64,000 nucleotides of DNA from an uncultured Methanoregulaceae archaeon (GTDB taxonomy: Archaea; Halobacteriota; Methanomicrobia; Methanomicrobiales; Methanospirillaceae), in assembly GCA_963717525.1 (NCBI GenBank), contig OY970343.1, positions 1,920,001 through 1,984,000 of the forward strand, in the 5' to 3' direction. The notes under the pieces were generated by a model. That model searched no databases. It saw only the letters and a program-made list of their open reading frames with translations, and was not told where the DNA came from. Made by a program: the position numbers and the translations under genes. Below are positions 55,668 to 64,000 of the stretch, piece by piece. Positions within the stretch are counted from its first letter, which is position 1. Every line of letters begins with the position of its first letter.

Positions 55668-55794
55668 AATTCGCTCTCGGGGGCTCCGCCCCCGCCGCTC
55701 AGGCACCCCCCTTTGCGATAGTGCTGTATTACCTGTTCTGGCCCATCGCAATGCGCCCCGTCCCCCTCGGGGGACTGGTGGCGCAAGAGGGGGG
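55668..55794 (+). repeat. structured intergenic repeat, copy C
   Basis: Colinear with copy A, with a shorter central arm and compensatory changes. Confidence 0.8.
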
Positions 55795-55905
55795 CAACAA
55801 CAGCAGCCGAAAACGCTTTTCTACAGACTAAAAATATACATTTTTCACTACATTGGAGGCTGATTGTTGATAATCACCAAATCTCTTTTATCCTGTTTTT
55901 CCGGT

Positions 55906-56994
55906 TCACACCAGCTCGTAGAGCGTTGTCCGCTGCCGGAGGGTCCGGCCGAGGTCGGCAGTCATCCGTTCCATGACCGCAGGGGCAAGGTAACTGGCAT
56001 CGCCTGCCCCTGCGTCCACGGAGACTTCGTCCGTGAACATCGTGCCGGCAAGGTCGTTTCCCCCGCACATGAGCGCGAGCTGCGTCATCTTGAGCCCGAG
56101 CTTGCCCCACGAGACCTGGACGTTGTCGAAATTGTCGAGGAAGAGTCGGGAGACCGCGATCATCAGGATATCCTCGCGGCCGGTTGCCCCCGCCCGGGCG
56201 ATCCCTTCAGTGAAGAGCGGGGTATTGGCATGGATATAGGACATCGGGATGAACTCGGTAAAGCCCCGGGTCTCGTCCTGGATCTTCCGGACAATCGTCA
56301 TATGGTCCACCTGGTCGCGGGCTGACTCGTACGAGCCGTACATGATGGTGGCAGAGGTGAGGATCCCCATATTATGGGCCTCTCTGATGATCCTTACCCA
56401 TTCCGCGCCGGAGACCTTCCTCGGGCAGATCACTTTACGGACTGGTTCGATCAGGATCTCGGCCGCCGTTCCCTGGAGGGAGCCCAGGCCAGCATCCCTG
56501 AGGGCGGCAAGCACCTCGGCGGTCGTAAGCTTGCTCCTCTTTGCCGCATGGGCAACCTCGTCCGGGCTGAAGGCGTGGACATGGATCTCCGGGGCGATCT
56601 CGTGCACCGCGGTGATCAGCCCGATATAGCTGTCAAGGTCAAACGCCGGGTTGACCCCGGAGAGGAAACAGATCTCGGTGACATTGCGCTTCTGTGCCAG
56701 CCGGACACCGGCCTGTATCGTGTCGCGGTCGAGGCAGTAGGCCCCGGGATCGGTCGCTTTCTTCCCGAACCCGCAGAACCCGCAGAGGTTCTTGCAGATG
56801 TTGGTCACGTGCAGGTTCTGGTTCCTGACATAGGTGACGATATCGCCAACCTTTTTTTCGCGCATCTCATCGGCTGCAGCCGTAATACGGAAGACGTCCC
56901 GGCCGGTCGCCTTCATGAGGATTTCGCCCTCCTCCGGGGTGAGCCGGTGTCCGGCCAGAACATCGTTCAGGAGAGGGATAAGTGGGGTTGCCAT
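55906..56994 (-). CDS. cofH: FO synthase subunit CofH (paralogue 2)
   Basis: TYVRNQNLHVTNICKNLCGFC, GTAAEIL, SWGKLG and NDLAGT. Confidence 0.9.
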   Translation of the reverse strand: MATPLIPLLNDVLAGHRLTPEEGEILMKATGRDVFRITAAADEMREKKVGDIVTYVRNQNLHVTNICKNLCGFCGFGKKATDPGAYCLDRDTIQAGVRLAQKRNVTEICFLSGVNPAFDLDSYIGLITAVHEIAPEIHVHAFSPDEVAHAAKRSKLTTAEVLAALRDAGLGSLQGTAAEILIEPVRKVICPRKVSGAEWVRIIREAHNMGILTSATIMYGSYESARDQVDHMTIVRKIQDETRGFTEFIPMSYIHANTPLFTEGIARAGATGREDILMIAVSRLFLDNFDNVQVSWGKLGLKMTQLALMCGGNDLAGTMFTDEVSVDAGAGDASYLAPAVMERMTADLGRTLRQRTTLYELV

Positions 56995-57021
56995 GATCAT
57001 TACCAACGGGAAGGGGTTATA

Positions 57022-57984
57022 TTATTTGTTTTTCCGGGATCCTTTCTGCGGATTCTTTGATTTTTTGGCCCTTTTGCCGGTGGCCGCTTCCTTCTTCTTC
57101 GCGTACCAGTCCCAGACGACCATCGCGATGATCACGACGATGATCACCCACCAGATGTGGAGCGGGAGCAGGCCGACAAGGGGAACCGTAAAGAGGGCTT
57201 TCCCTACAATCCATTGGTTTTCCACCGGCTCTATCGTCTGGTTATTGTTGACCGTGAGGTACCCTTCGTCGCTGACCGGGTTGTTGTCTCCCTTGGTGAT
57301 GTAACCGCCATGGGTGGTCGGGGCGGAGTACCGCACGTAGCCCTGGTTTGCGACCACGTACTGCTCAGGAAGGAAATACTTCGCATCTGCCGTGCTGAAT
57401 GCCATGCCTTGGGCATCGGCGGTGATATTTTCCGGGACCGTCGCGTTTGTGGGGTACAGGAGGTAGTACCCGAACGCGGTCGTGGTGCTCGTTGCAAGCG
57501 GGATATATTCAGTGGGGGTCACCGTCCCTTCATAGGGGTTGAGGTACGACGGTTCGGGCTGCCCGGAATCGACCCAGGTCATGGCCCGGTGAATGATCGG
57601 GTGCTGGCTGGAGAGCGGGAGCAGGCCAATCTGCGCCCAGAAGTCGGTGTCGCCATCGGGACGGTAGATGATTACGTCCCCGTAATCGCCGAACTTCTGG
57701 TACCCGGTCGCATGTGCCTCATCCCAGGTCTGGAGGGGGCCGAACCGGTCTGGGGCAACCACGACTACCAGGTCGCCAATGTTCATGTGGGGCTCCATGC
57801 TCCCCGATTCCACGGTAACGACCGCCGGCCACGCCCCGCAGATCAGGTAGAGGGCGAGCGCGATGCACGCTACGACTGCCACGACCCAGAGGATGTCGCG
57901 GGCAAGAGAAACCGCCCAGTGATCGCTTGTGCGGAACGCCTGGATCTTCGCGCGGATACCCCGCGGCTCTTCGTTCTCTGCCAT
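57022..57984 (-). CDS. signal peptidase I (S26B/Sec11 type) with a large insertion
   Basis: ESGSMEP, GD, IIHRA and TKGDNN; N- and C-terminal TM helices. Confidence 0.88.
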   Translation of the reverse strand: MAENEEPRGIRAKIQAFRTSDHWAVSLARDILWVVAVVACIALALYLICGAWPAVVTVESGSMEPHMNIGDLVVVVAPDRFGPLQTWDEAHATGYQKFGDYGDVIIYRPDGDTDFWAQIGLLPLSSQHPIIHRAMTWVDSGQPEPSYLNPYEGTVTPTEYIPLATSTTTAFGYYLLYPTNATVPENITADAQGMAFSTADAKYFLPEQYVVANQGYVRYSAPTTHGGYITKGDNNPVSDEGYLTVNNNQTIEPVENQWIVGKALFTVPLVGLLPLHIWWVIIVVIIAMVVWDWYAKKKEAATGKRAKKSKNPQKGSRKNK

Positions 57985-58051
57985 CTCTTAGCGCTCTTTA
58001 TTGGCGTTTTTTGTTAATATAGCGCACCCATTCCGGTGCGTCCTGTCCCTG

Positions 58052-58681
58052 TCATGCCGAAATGATGAGGCGCACGATGTAGTAGGCCCCGAAGACCACC
58101 AGGAAGAGCCCGCAGGCCATCATGATCCGCTGGTACGCGAGATCGGAGAGGATGGTCTTTCCCTTCGCGATACCGGTAGAAACCACCGTGTACCACCCGA
58201 GATCCGCACACCAGTGCCCGGCCATGAAGACGCAGGCAAGGAAGATCCCCCCGGCAAGGCCGGCGATCACCATCGCACCCCCGACCGTCAGCCACCAGAT
58301 CCAGAAGTACGGATTTGCGACGCTCGTCACAAAGCCGGCAAAGAACGGGCTGGTCGTGACGACAGATTCCGGACTTTTGCTGCCCGCGAGCGAAACCTGC
58401 CGGCTCCCGGTGAGGGTGAGGATGCCAAAGAGGATTAGGGCTACGCCCCCGATGACCGCCACTGCAGTCGTGTACCGCAGGGCGACGGTGGCAAGGCCGG
58501 CCACGATCAGGATGACGATGATGAGTTCGGAGAGCATGTGGCCGAAGGTGATTCGGGGGCCCACCGTCCAGCCGCTGGCCATCGAGGCGTTGATGGTGGC
58601 TACAAGCGTCGGGCCCGGGGCAAGGGCGCCGGTCAGGCCGACGATAAAGGCCAGCAGGAAAAACTGGAGCGTATCGAGCAT
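58052..58681 (-). CDS. LysE family transporter
   Basis: ALAPGP, GH..SE and NPYFWIWW. Confidence 0.88.
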   Translation of the reverse strand: MLDTLQFFLLAFIVGLTGALAPGPTLVATINASMASGWTVGPRITFGHMLSELIIVILIVAGLATVALRYTTAVAVIGGVALILFGILTLTGSRQVSLAGSKSPESVVTTSPFFAGFVTSVANPYFWIWWLTVGGAMVIAGLAGGIFLACVFMAGHWCADLGWYTVVSTGIAKGKTILSDLAYQRIMMACGLFLVVFGAYYIVRLIISA

Positions 58682-58812
58682 GGTATCGGGAGTCCCGGAA
58701 GGGCCGTGAAGTGAACAGGGTTTAGTGGACGATGATATCAAGGATTCCTTCACGGACGGGTGGCCATGCAGATAGCATCATCTTTTTTCCCGGTGCAGCT
58801 CTATACTATTCT

Positions 58813-60210
58813 ATGCTCGATGCGCAGCAGATCACGCTCCGGTTCCTCGACACCCGGCTCCAGGTTCACCCCGATGTGGTGCGGTACATCCAGGAGCAGG
58901 ACAACCCGGAGCTGATCGACCGCATCATCGCCGGCGTCCCGGAGGATACCGTGGTTGTCTCGGCAAAGCATATCCCGGGCATGAACGCGACCCGGGACGG
59001 TATACGTTTTTTAACCGACCCGACCGTCGAGATCGTCTCGGGCGGCCCCGGTACATCGGGAAGCGTCAACGGCACTGCCGATTACCTCCATTATTTCCGG
59101 GATCGGTACAGCCGGCTCGGCGGGATGATCCGGAGCAGGTGCGGGGCGATGCCCATCGAAGGGCTCACCCGTTCGCCGCGATACCGTCAGGAGGAGTCCA
59201 CGGTGATCGGGATGGTCGCCGAGGTCAAGACCACGACAAACGGCCACCGGATCGCCGAGATCGAGGATACCACCGCAAACCTCTCGGTGCTCTTCCGGAA
59301 AGACCGTCCGGTCTTTGCCGATGCCGAGCGCCTGATCCCGGACGAGGTGATCGGGGTCAAGGGCAAGCTCTCGAACGATGGCCGGCTCTTTTTTGCCGAT
59401 CAGCTGTTCCGGCCCGATATCAGGGTCGATAACAAGCCGTTTGTGAGCGAACAGCCGGGAAAAGCGGTTTTTATTTCCGATGTCCACGTGGGGAGCAACA
59501 CGTTCCTTTCCGGGGCATGGGGCCGGTTTGTCGACTGGCTCGCGGAATCCGGCGCCTCCTACCTCCTGATCGCCGGCGACCTCGTCGACGGGATCGGGGT
59601 CTTCCCCGGGCAGGAGCAGGAACTGACCATCAAGAACATCTACGAGCAGTACGACGCCTTCGGCGAGATGATCAGCGCGATCCCGCACCGGATCAAGATC
59701 ATCGTTGCGCCGGGCAACCACGACGTGGTCCGGGGCGCCGAGCCCCAGCCGGTGATCCCGGAGCAGTTCACAAAAAAGTTTCCCGGGAACTGCATGCTCG
59801 TCGAGAACCCGGCACTCTTGAACCTGCAGGGCGTGCGGGTGCTGATGTACCACGGCCGGTCGCTCGATGACATGATCGGCCTTATCCCGGGGGCGTCCTA
59901 CGAGCAGAGCGGGAAGATGATGGAGGAGATGCTCCAGCGCCGGCACCTTGCCCCGGCGTACGGTAGGCGCACCCCCATTGCCGCGGGAAAGTCCGACCGC
60001 TTAATCATCGACCCGTTGCCGGAGATCCTGCACACAGGCCACGTGCACATCACCGGGCTGACAAACTATCGCGGGGTGCTGGGCATCAACGCGGGCACCT
60101 GGCAGTCGCAGACCGCGTTCCAGAAGCAGATGAACGTTAACCCGACGCCGGGGCAGGCCGTGATGGTGGACCTCCAGACACTGGTGCCGGAAACGTTCTC
60201 GTTTTTGTGA
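58813..60210 (+). CDS. polB: DNA polymerase D small (proofreading) subunit DP1
   Basis: YFRDRY, SDVHVGS, AGDLVDG, PGNHD, YHG, RHLAP and GHVH. Confidence 0.94.
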   Translation: MLDAQQITLRFLDTRLQVHPDVVRYIQEQDNPELIDRIIAGVPEDTVVVSAKHIPGMNATRDGIRFLTDPTVEIVSGGPGTSGSVNGTADYLHYFRDRYSRLGGMIRSRCGAMPIEGLTRSPRYRQEESTVIGMVAEVKTTTNGHRIAEIEDTTANLSVLFRKDRPVFADAERLIPDEVIGVKGKLSNDGRLFFADQLFRPDIRVDNKPFVSEQPGKAVFISDVHVGSNTFLSGAWGRFVDWLAESGASYLLIAGDLVDGIGVFPGQEQELTIKNIYEQYDAFGEMISAIPHRIKIIVAPGNHDVVRGAEPQPVIPEQFTKKFPGNCMLVENPALLNLQGVRVLMYHGRSLDDMIGLIPGASYEQSGKMMEEMLQRRHLAPAYGRRTPIAAGKSDRLIIDPLPEILHTGHVHITGLTNYRGVLGINAGTWQSQTAFQKQMNVNPTPGQAVMVDLQTLVPETFSFL

Positions 60211-60217
60211 AAAAAGA

Positions 60218-60806
60218 TCAGACCGGAATGATCTTCCGGTTGTGGACTTCGTTGATAACCTGAGCTAACCCGATATAGATCGCAAGGGCCCCGGCCAGAA
60301 TACCCATCAGGCCGGCGGCAAGTTTGACAAGACCGCTTTCTGTGAGCTCTGCTGCAACGAGAAGGACGATCGTCAGGAACACCGCAAGGACGGTCACCTG
60401 GAGGCTCCGGTGCATGTTCAGGGTACAGATCAGGAGCCCGAATGCGACGATCCCCCAGACCGCGAGGAACGCGGCGAGATCGAGCTGGCCCCGGCGCCTT
60501 GGCAAGCCCGAGAGCCGGCAGCATGAGGACGCCGGCAAAGGTCATCCAGAAGAACCCGAAACTCACGAAGGTCAGAAAACCGAAGTTGTTGTTCTTCTTC
60601 CATTCCATGAGGCCGGCAATGATCTGGGCGAGGCCGCCATAGAAAATTGCCATGGCAAAGATCGGACTGGTGATGCCGATGACCCCGGCATTCCAGAGGC
60701 TCAAGAGAATGGTCGTCGTCCCGAATGCGCACAGCCCGAGCGGTGCCGGGTTTGCGGTCTGGTCCATGAGGAAGATGTTATTCCTGTTTGTTTCTTCATT
60801 CACCAT
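60218..60806 (-). CDS. second acetate uptake transporter (GPR1/FUN34/SatP family), frameshifted near 60489
   Basis: [11 protein letters not shown] and SFGFFW in one frame; AIYIGLAQVINE in the next; paralogous to 36765-37358. Confidence 0.82.
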
Positions 60807-61031
60807 GATTCCCACTTAACCTGAATATCCTGACGCATACGGACGCTGCTCACATGCATCGTGCACCTGTAATTCCACCGGTTCAGGCAGGACGTCTGTG
60901 AGATCGACCAGATGAGACAGTGCATTGATCTCTGTGTCTTGTGTCTTAACCCTTCGTTTGATGATTCCGGTAATGGAGGAATGTTCCCTGATCACAACGT
61001 CCCTCGTTGAGATACTCGTGCAGCCGTTCAT

Positions 61032-61060
61032 GTGCCCATGCGGCGGGGGCGGCTGCCCCC
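61032..61060 (-). repeat. structured intergenic repeat, copy D (5' module only)
   Basis: Reverse complement GGGGGCAGCCGCCCCCGCCGCATGGGCAC matches copy A GGGCAGCCGCCCCCGCCGCGTGGGCAT. Confidence 0.72.
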
Positions 61061-61237
61061 GGGAGTGTCCGCTGGAGAGAGTATTCCTGAGTATTCAGTT
61101 TTGTGTCCGGCCCCGGTCACCGGTAATGGACGATACCATCCTGATACCCTGTAACGGGCAGGGTATATGTGCGAGAGGGAAAACGGTCGCCAGACCCGGG
61201 GGTATCCTAACGGGCCCATGGACTGCGAAGGCCTCTG

Positions 61238-63658
61238 TTATTGGATTTTCTCGCTGGCCAGACGATCCTCCAGTGCAACCACTTTCTGGGTGATCTTCAT
61301 CACTGAGTCCGGGTTGAGGGATATAGATTCGATACCCTCCCTGACAAGGAACTCGGCGAACTCCGGGTAGTCGCTGGGCGCCTGCCCGCACAGGCCGGAA
61401 TGGCGCCCGTTCCGCCGGGCACCCTGTACCGCCATGGATACGAATTTCATCACGCCGGGGTCCCGCTCGTCGAAATCGTGAGCAACCACCACGGAGTCAC
61501 GGTCGACCCCGAGTGTCAGCTGGGTCAGGTCGTTCGAACCGATAGAGAACCCGTCGAACAACCGGCTGAATTCATCGATGAGGAGGATGTTATTGGGGAT
61601 CTCGCACATGACATAAACCGATAGCCCGTTTTTACCCCGCACAAGCCCGTTCTTTGCCATCTCGGCCAGCACCTTCTCACCCTCACCGACCGTCCGGCAG
61701 AACGGGATCATGATGACCAGATTGGTGAGACCCATCTCTTCGAGGACCCGTTTCATCGCGCGGCATTCAAGGGCAAAACCTTCGCGGTACCTCTCGTCAT
61801 AGTAACGGGATGCGCCGCGGAAGCCGAGCATCGGGTTTGACTCTTCGGGTTCGAAATATTTCCCCCCGAGGAGATCAGCGTATTCGTTGGTCTTGAAATC
61901 GCTCATCCGGACAACCACCGGCTTGGGGTAAAAGGCGGCCGCGATCGTCCCGATGCCCTGCGACAGTTTCCCGACAAAATAGTCTTCCGGGTTCCCGTAC
62001 CCATAGGTAAGGTCAGCTATCTTTGCCTTTACGGTCTCATCGGTGACTTTTTCCGGGTGGACGAGTGCCATCGGGTGGATCTTGATATAATTATTGATAA
62101 CAAACTCCATCCGGGCGAGCCCGATGCCGTCGTTGGGGATCATCGAGAGGGCAAACGCCTGGTCAGGCTCCCCGAGGTTCATCATAATCTTTGTTTTCGG
62201 TCGCCTGAGACCCTTTAAGGAGACTTTTTCAGCGTGGAACGGCAGGATCCCCTCGTATACAACCCCCTCGTCCCCCTCTGAGCAGTTGACGGTCACTTCC
62301 TGCCCGGTTTTGATCTTCTCCGTAGCATTGTTTGTCCCGACCACCGCCGCAACACCGAGCTCCCGGCTGACGATCGCGGCATGGCAGGTCCGCCCCCCGC
62401 GGTTGGTAACGATCGCAGCGGCGGTCTTCATGACCGGTTCCCAGTCGGGGTTTGTCGTGTCGGCAACGAGGATCTCCCCGGGCCGGAACTCGCCAAGATG
62501 GCTTATATCGGCGATCACCCGCGCTGTGCCGGTCGCGATCTTTTCACCCACTCCCTTTCCCTTCGCAAGCACCGGCCCCCGCTTCTCCATGTGGTAGGTG
62601 ACAAGGACATCCATTGCTTCCTGCGAATGGACCGTCTCGGGCCGTGCCTGGACGATGAAAAGTTCCCCGGTGATACCATCCTTTGCCCATTCGATATCCA
62701 TCGGGACGGTCTGGTGCGCTTTTGCGGAATAGTGGTCCTCAATCTTTATCGCATACTGTGCCAGTTCGAGGATCTCGTCATCCGTGATACAGAAACGCCG
62801 CCCGTCGGATTCGGGGACGTCTACATTCCGGGTCAGGACCTTGGAGGTCCCCTGCCCGTAGATCATCTTGATCTTCTTGTCGCCGAGGTTTTTCCTGATA
62901 ATGGCCCGGTGCCCGGTCCGCACCGTCGGTTTGAAGACGTAGAACTCGTCCGGGTTAACGGCGCCCTGCACGATGTTCTCACCAAGGCCGTACGAACCAG
63001 TGATGAAGACGACATCCCGGAACCCGGTCTCGGTATCGAGAGTGAAGATCACACCGCTCGACGCCATATCGGAGCGGACCATCTTCATGACCCCGATGGA
63101 AAGGGCGACCTTGAAATGGTCGAAGTTCTGGTCGGTCCGGTAGGATATTGCCCGGTCGGTAAAGAGGGAGGCAAAACATTTGCTGCAGGCTTCCCTGAGT
63201 GCAGGATATCCCCGGATGTTAAGGTAGGTCTCCTGCTGGCCGGCAAACGAAGCGGTGGGGAGGTCTTCTGCCGTGGCAGAGCTCCTGACTGCAACATCGG
63301 TATCGGGCCCGTATTCCTCACAGAGCTTGTCGTAGGCAGCGCTGACCTCGTTCCAGATATCGTCCGGGATGCCCGCACCGAGGATCAGGTCCCGTGCTTT
63401 TTTCCCCCGGCCTTCAAGATTGGAGACGCTGGTCTTATCGAGATCGGCCATGGCGACTTTGATCCCGTCGATGACGCCGCCGGTCTTCACGACCCGCCAG
63501 TATGCGTCGGCGGTGATGGCAAACCCGTTGGGGATCCTTACGCCCGCTTTTGTCAGATCCTGGAACATTTCCCCGAGCGAGGCGTTCTTGCCCCCGACAC
63601 TGGCGACATCCTCGTTCCTGATCTCCTTAAACCAGCGGATATAGTGTGCAGTGCCCAT
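61238..63658 (-). CDS. ppsA: phosphoenolpyruvate synthase
   Basis: VGGKNASLGEM, RSSATAED, GGRTCHAAI phospho-His and SIGSNDLTQ; start MGTAHYIRWF. Confidence 0.96.
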   Translation of the reverse strand: MGTAHYIRWFKEIRNEDVASVGGKNASLGEMFQDLTKAGVRIPNGFAITADAYWRVVKTGGVIDGIKVAMADLDKTSVSNLEGRGKKARDLILGAGIPDDIWNEVSAAYDKLCEEYGPDTDVAVRSSATAEDLPTASFAGQQETYLNIRGYPALREACSKCFASLFTDRAISYRTDQNFDHFKVALSIGVMKMVRSDMASSGVIFTLDTETGFRDVVFITGSYGLGENIVQGAVNPDEFYVFKPTVRTGHRAIIRKNLGDKKIKMIYGQGTSKVLTRNVDVPESDGRRFCITDDEILELAQYAIKIEDHYSAKAHQTVPMDIEWAKDGITGELFIVQARPETVHSQEAMDVLVTYHMEKRGPVLAKGKGVGEKIATGTARVIADISHLGEFRPGEILVADTTNPDWEPVMKTAAAIVTNRGGRTCHAAIVSRELGVAAVVGTNNATEKIKTGQEVTVNCSEGDEGVVYEGILPFHAEKVSLKGLRRPKTKIMMNLGEPDQAFALSMIPNDGIGLARMEFVINNYIKIHPMALVHPEKVTDETVKAKIADLTYGYGNPEDYFVGKLSQGIGTIAAAFYPKPVVVRMSDFKTNEYADLLGGKYFEPEESNPMLGFRGASRYYDERYREGFALECRAMKRVLEEMGLTNLVIMIPFCRTVGEGEKVLAEMAKNGLVRGKNGLSVYVMCEIPNNILLIDEFSRLFDGFSIGSNDLTQLTLGVDRDSVVVAHDFDERDPGVMKFVSMAVQGARRNGRHSGLCGQAPSDYPEFAEFLVREGIESISLNPDSVMKITQKVVALEDRLASEKIQ

Positions 63659-63704
63659 ACCAGTGTCTCCGGCTGTTGTCGGATATACATTGGCTTTCAT
63701 GCCA

Positions 63705-63728
63705 GTTTTTGAAACAAATTTCAAAAAC
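63705..63728. promoter_or_regulatory. perfect 10-bp inverted repeat upstream of ppsA
   Basis: GTTTTTGAAA-CAAA-TTTCAAAAAC, 46 bp upstream of the ppsA start. Confidence 0.5.
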
Positions 63729-63816
63729 CGACGCGGCACCAGCTCAAGGAAGGATCCAGATACCGTCCCGGAACAGGGAACTCTTATTAAAAAAAAGAAA
63801 AAATTGTTGTGGATAA

Positions 63817-63984
63817 TCAGAAGCGGGGCTTCTGGTGCTTGGGCAGGCAGTCCCTGCAATAAACCGGCCTACCCTCGGTGGGCTTGAACGGAACCTCGCA
63901 CTCTTTTCCACAGTCTGAACATGTAACTTTTGTCATTTCTCTGGGTCCGAAGTTTCTCGGGCCGCCAAATCCTCTTCTTTCCAT
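63817..63984 (-). CDS. CxxC-x17-CxxC domain small zinc-finger protein, 55 aa; absent from the ORF track
   Basis: MERRGFGGPRNFGPREMTKVTCSDCGKECEVPFKPTEGRPVYCRDCLPKHQKPRF; followed by an oligo-T tract on the minus strand. Confidence 0.88.
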   Translation of the reverse strand: MERRGFGGPRNFGPREMTKVTCSDCGKECEVPFKPTEGRPVYCRDCLPKHQKPRF

Positions 63985-64000
63985 TGAATTACTCATGCAG

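Noticed and set aside
57022..60210. Possible replication origin near signal peptidase and DP1
   Set aside because: No cdc6/orc1 gene, ORB repeats or AT-rich unwinding element seen
60816..61031. 71-aa ORF upstream of the second acetate transporter
   Set aside because: No motif and it begins at the edge of a repeat copy; cannot be supported

Overview
Core chromosome of a hydrogenotrophic methanogenic archaeon, most consistent with Methanomicrobiales (Methanoregula-like). The markers are F390 synthetase, two cofH paralogues, thiol:fumarate reductase tfrAB, archaeal ribC, DP1, Lsm-L37e and an A1:U72 initiator tRNA-Met. About 70 CDS cover purine, arginine, riboflavin, thiamine and F420 synthesis, acetate uptake and activation, ppsA, a 10-kb redox/oxidative-stress cluster and a TrmB-linked MacB-type ABC operon. 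I saw no transposase, integrase, CRISPR array or rRNA. About eight genes carry single-base indels, mostly in short G/C runs, which are probably sequencing or assembly errors. The three most interesting observations are: (1) a possible programmed -1 frameshift or slippage at A_AAA_AAG-stop, joining a membrane-anchored CxxC redoxin to a start-less second redoxin plus CcdA domain; (2) a dispersed, structured intergenic repeat family with compensatory base changes (4 copies); (3) a paired palindromic operator between trmB and the ABC operon. Gene calls come from motif recognition by eye, not from database searches.
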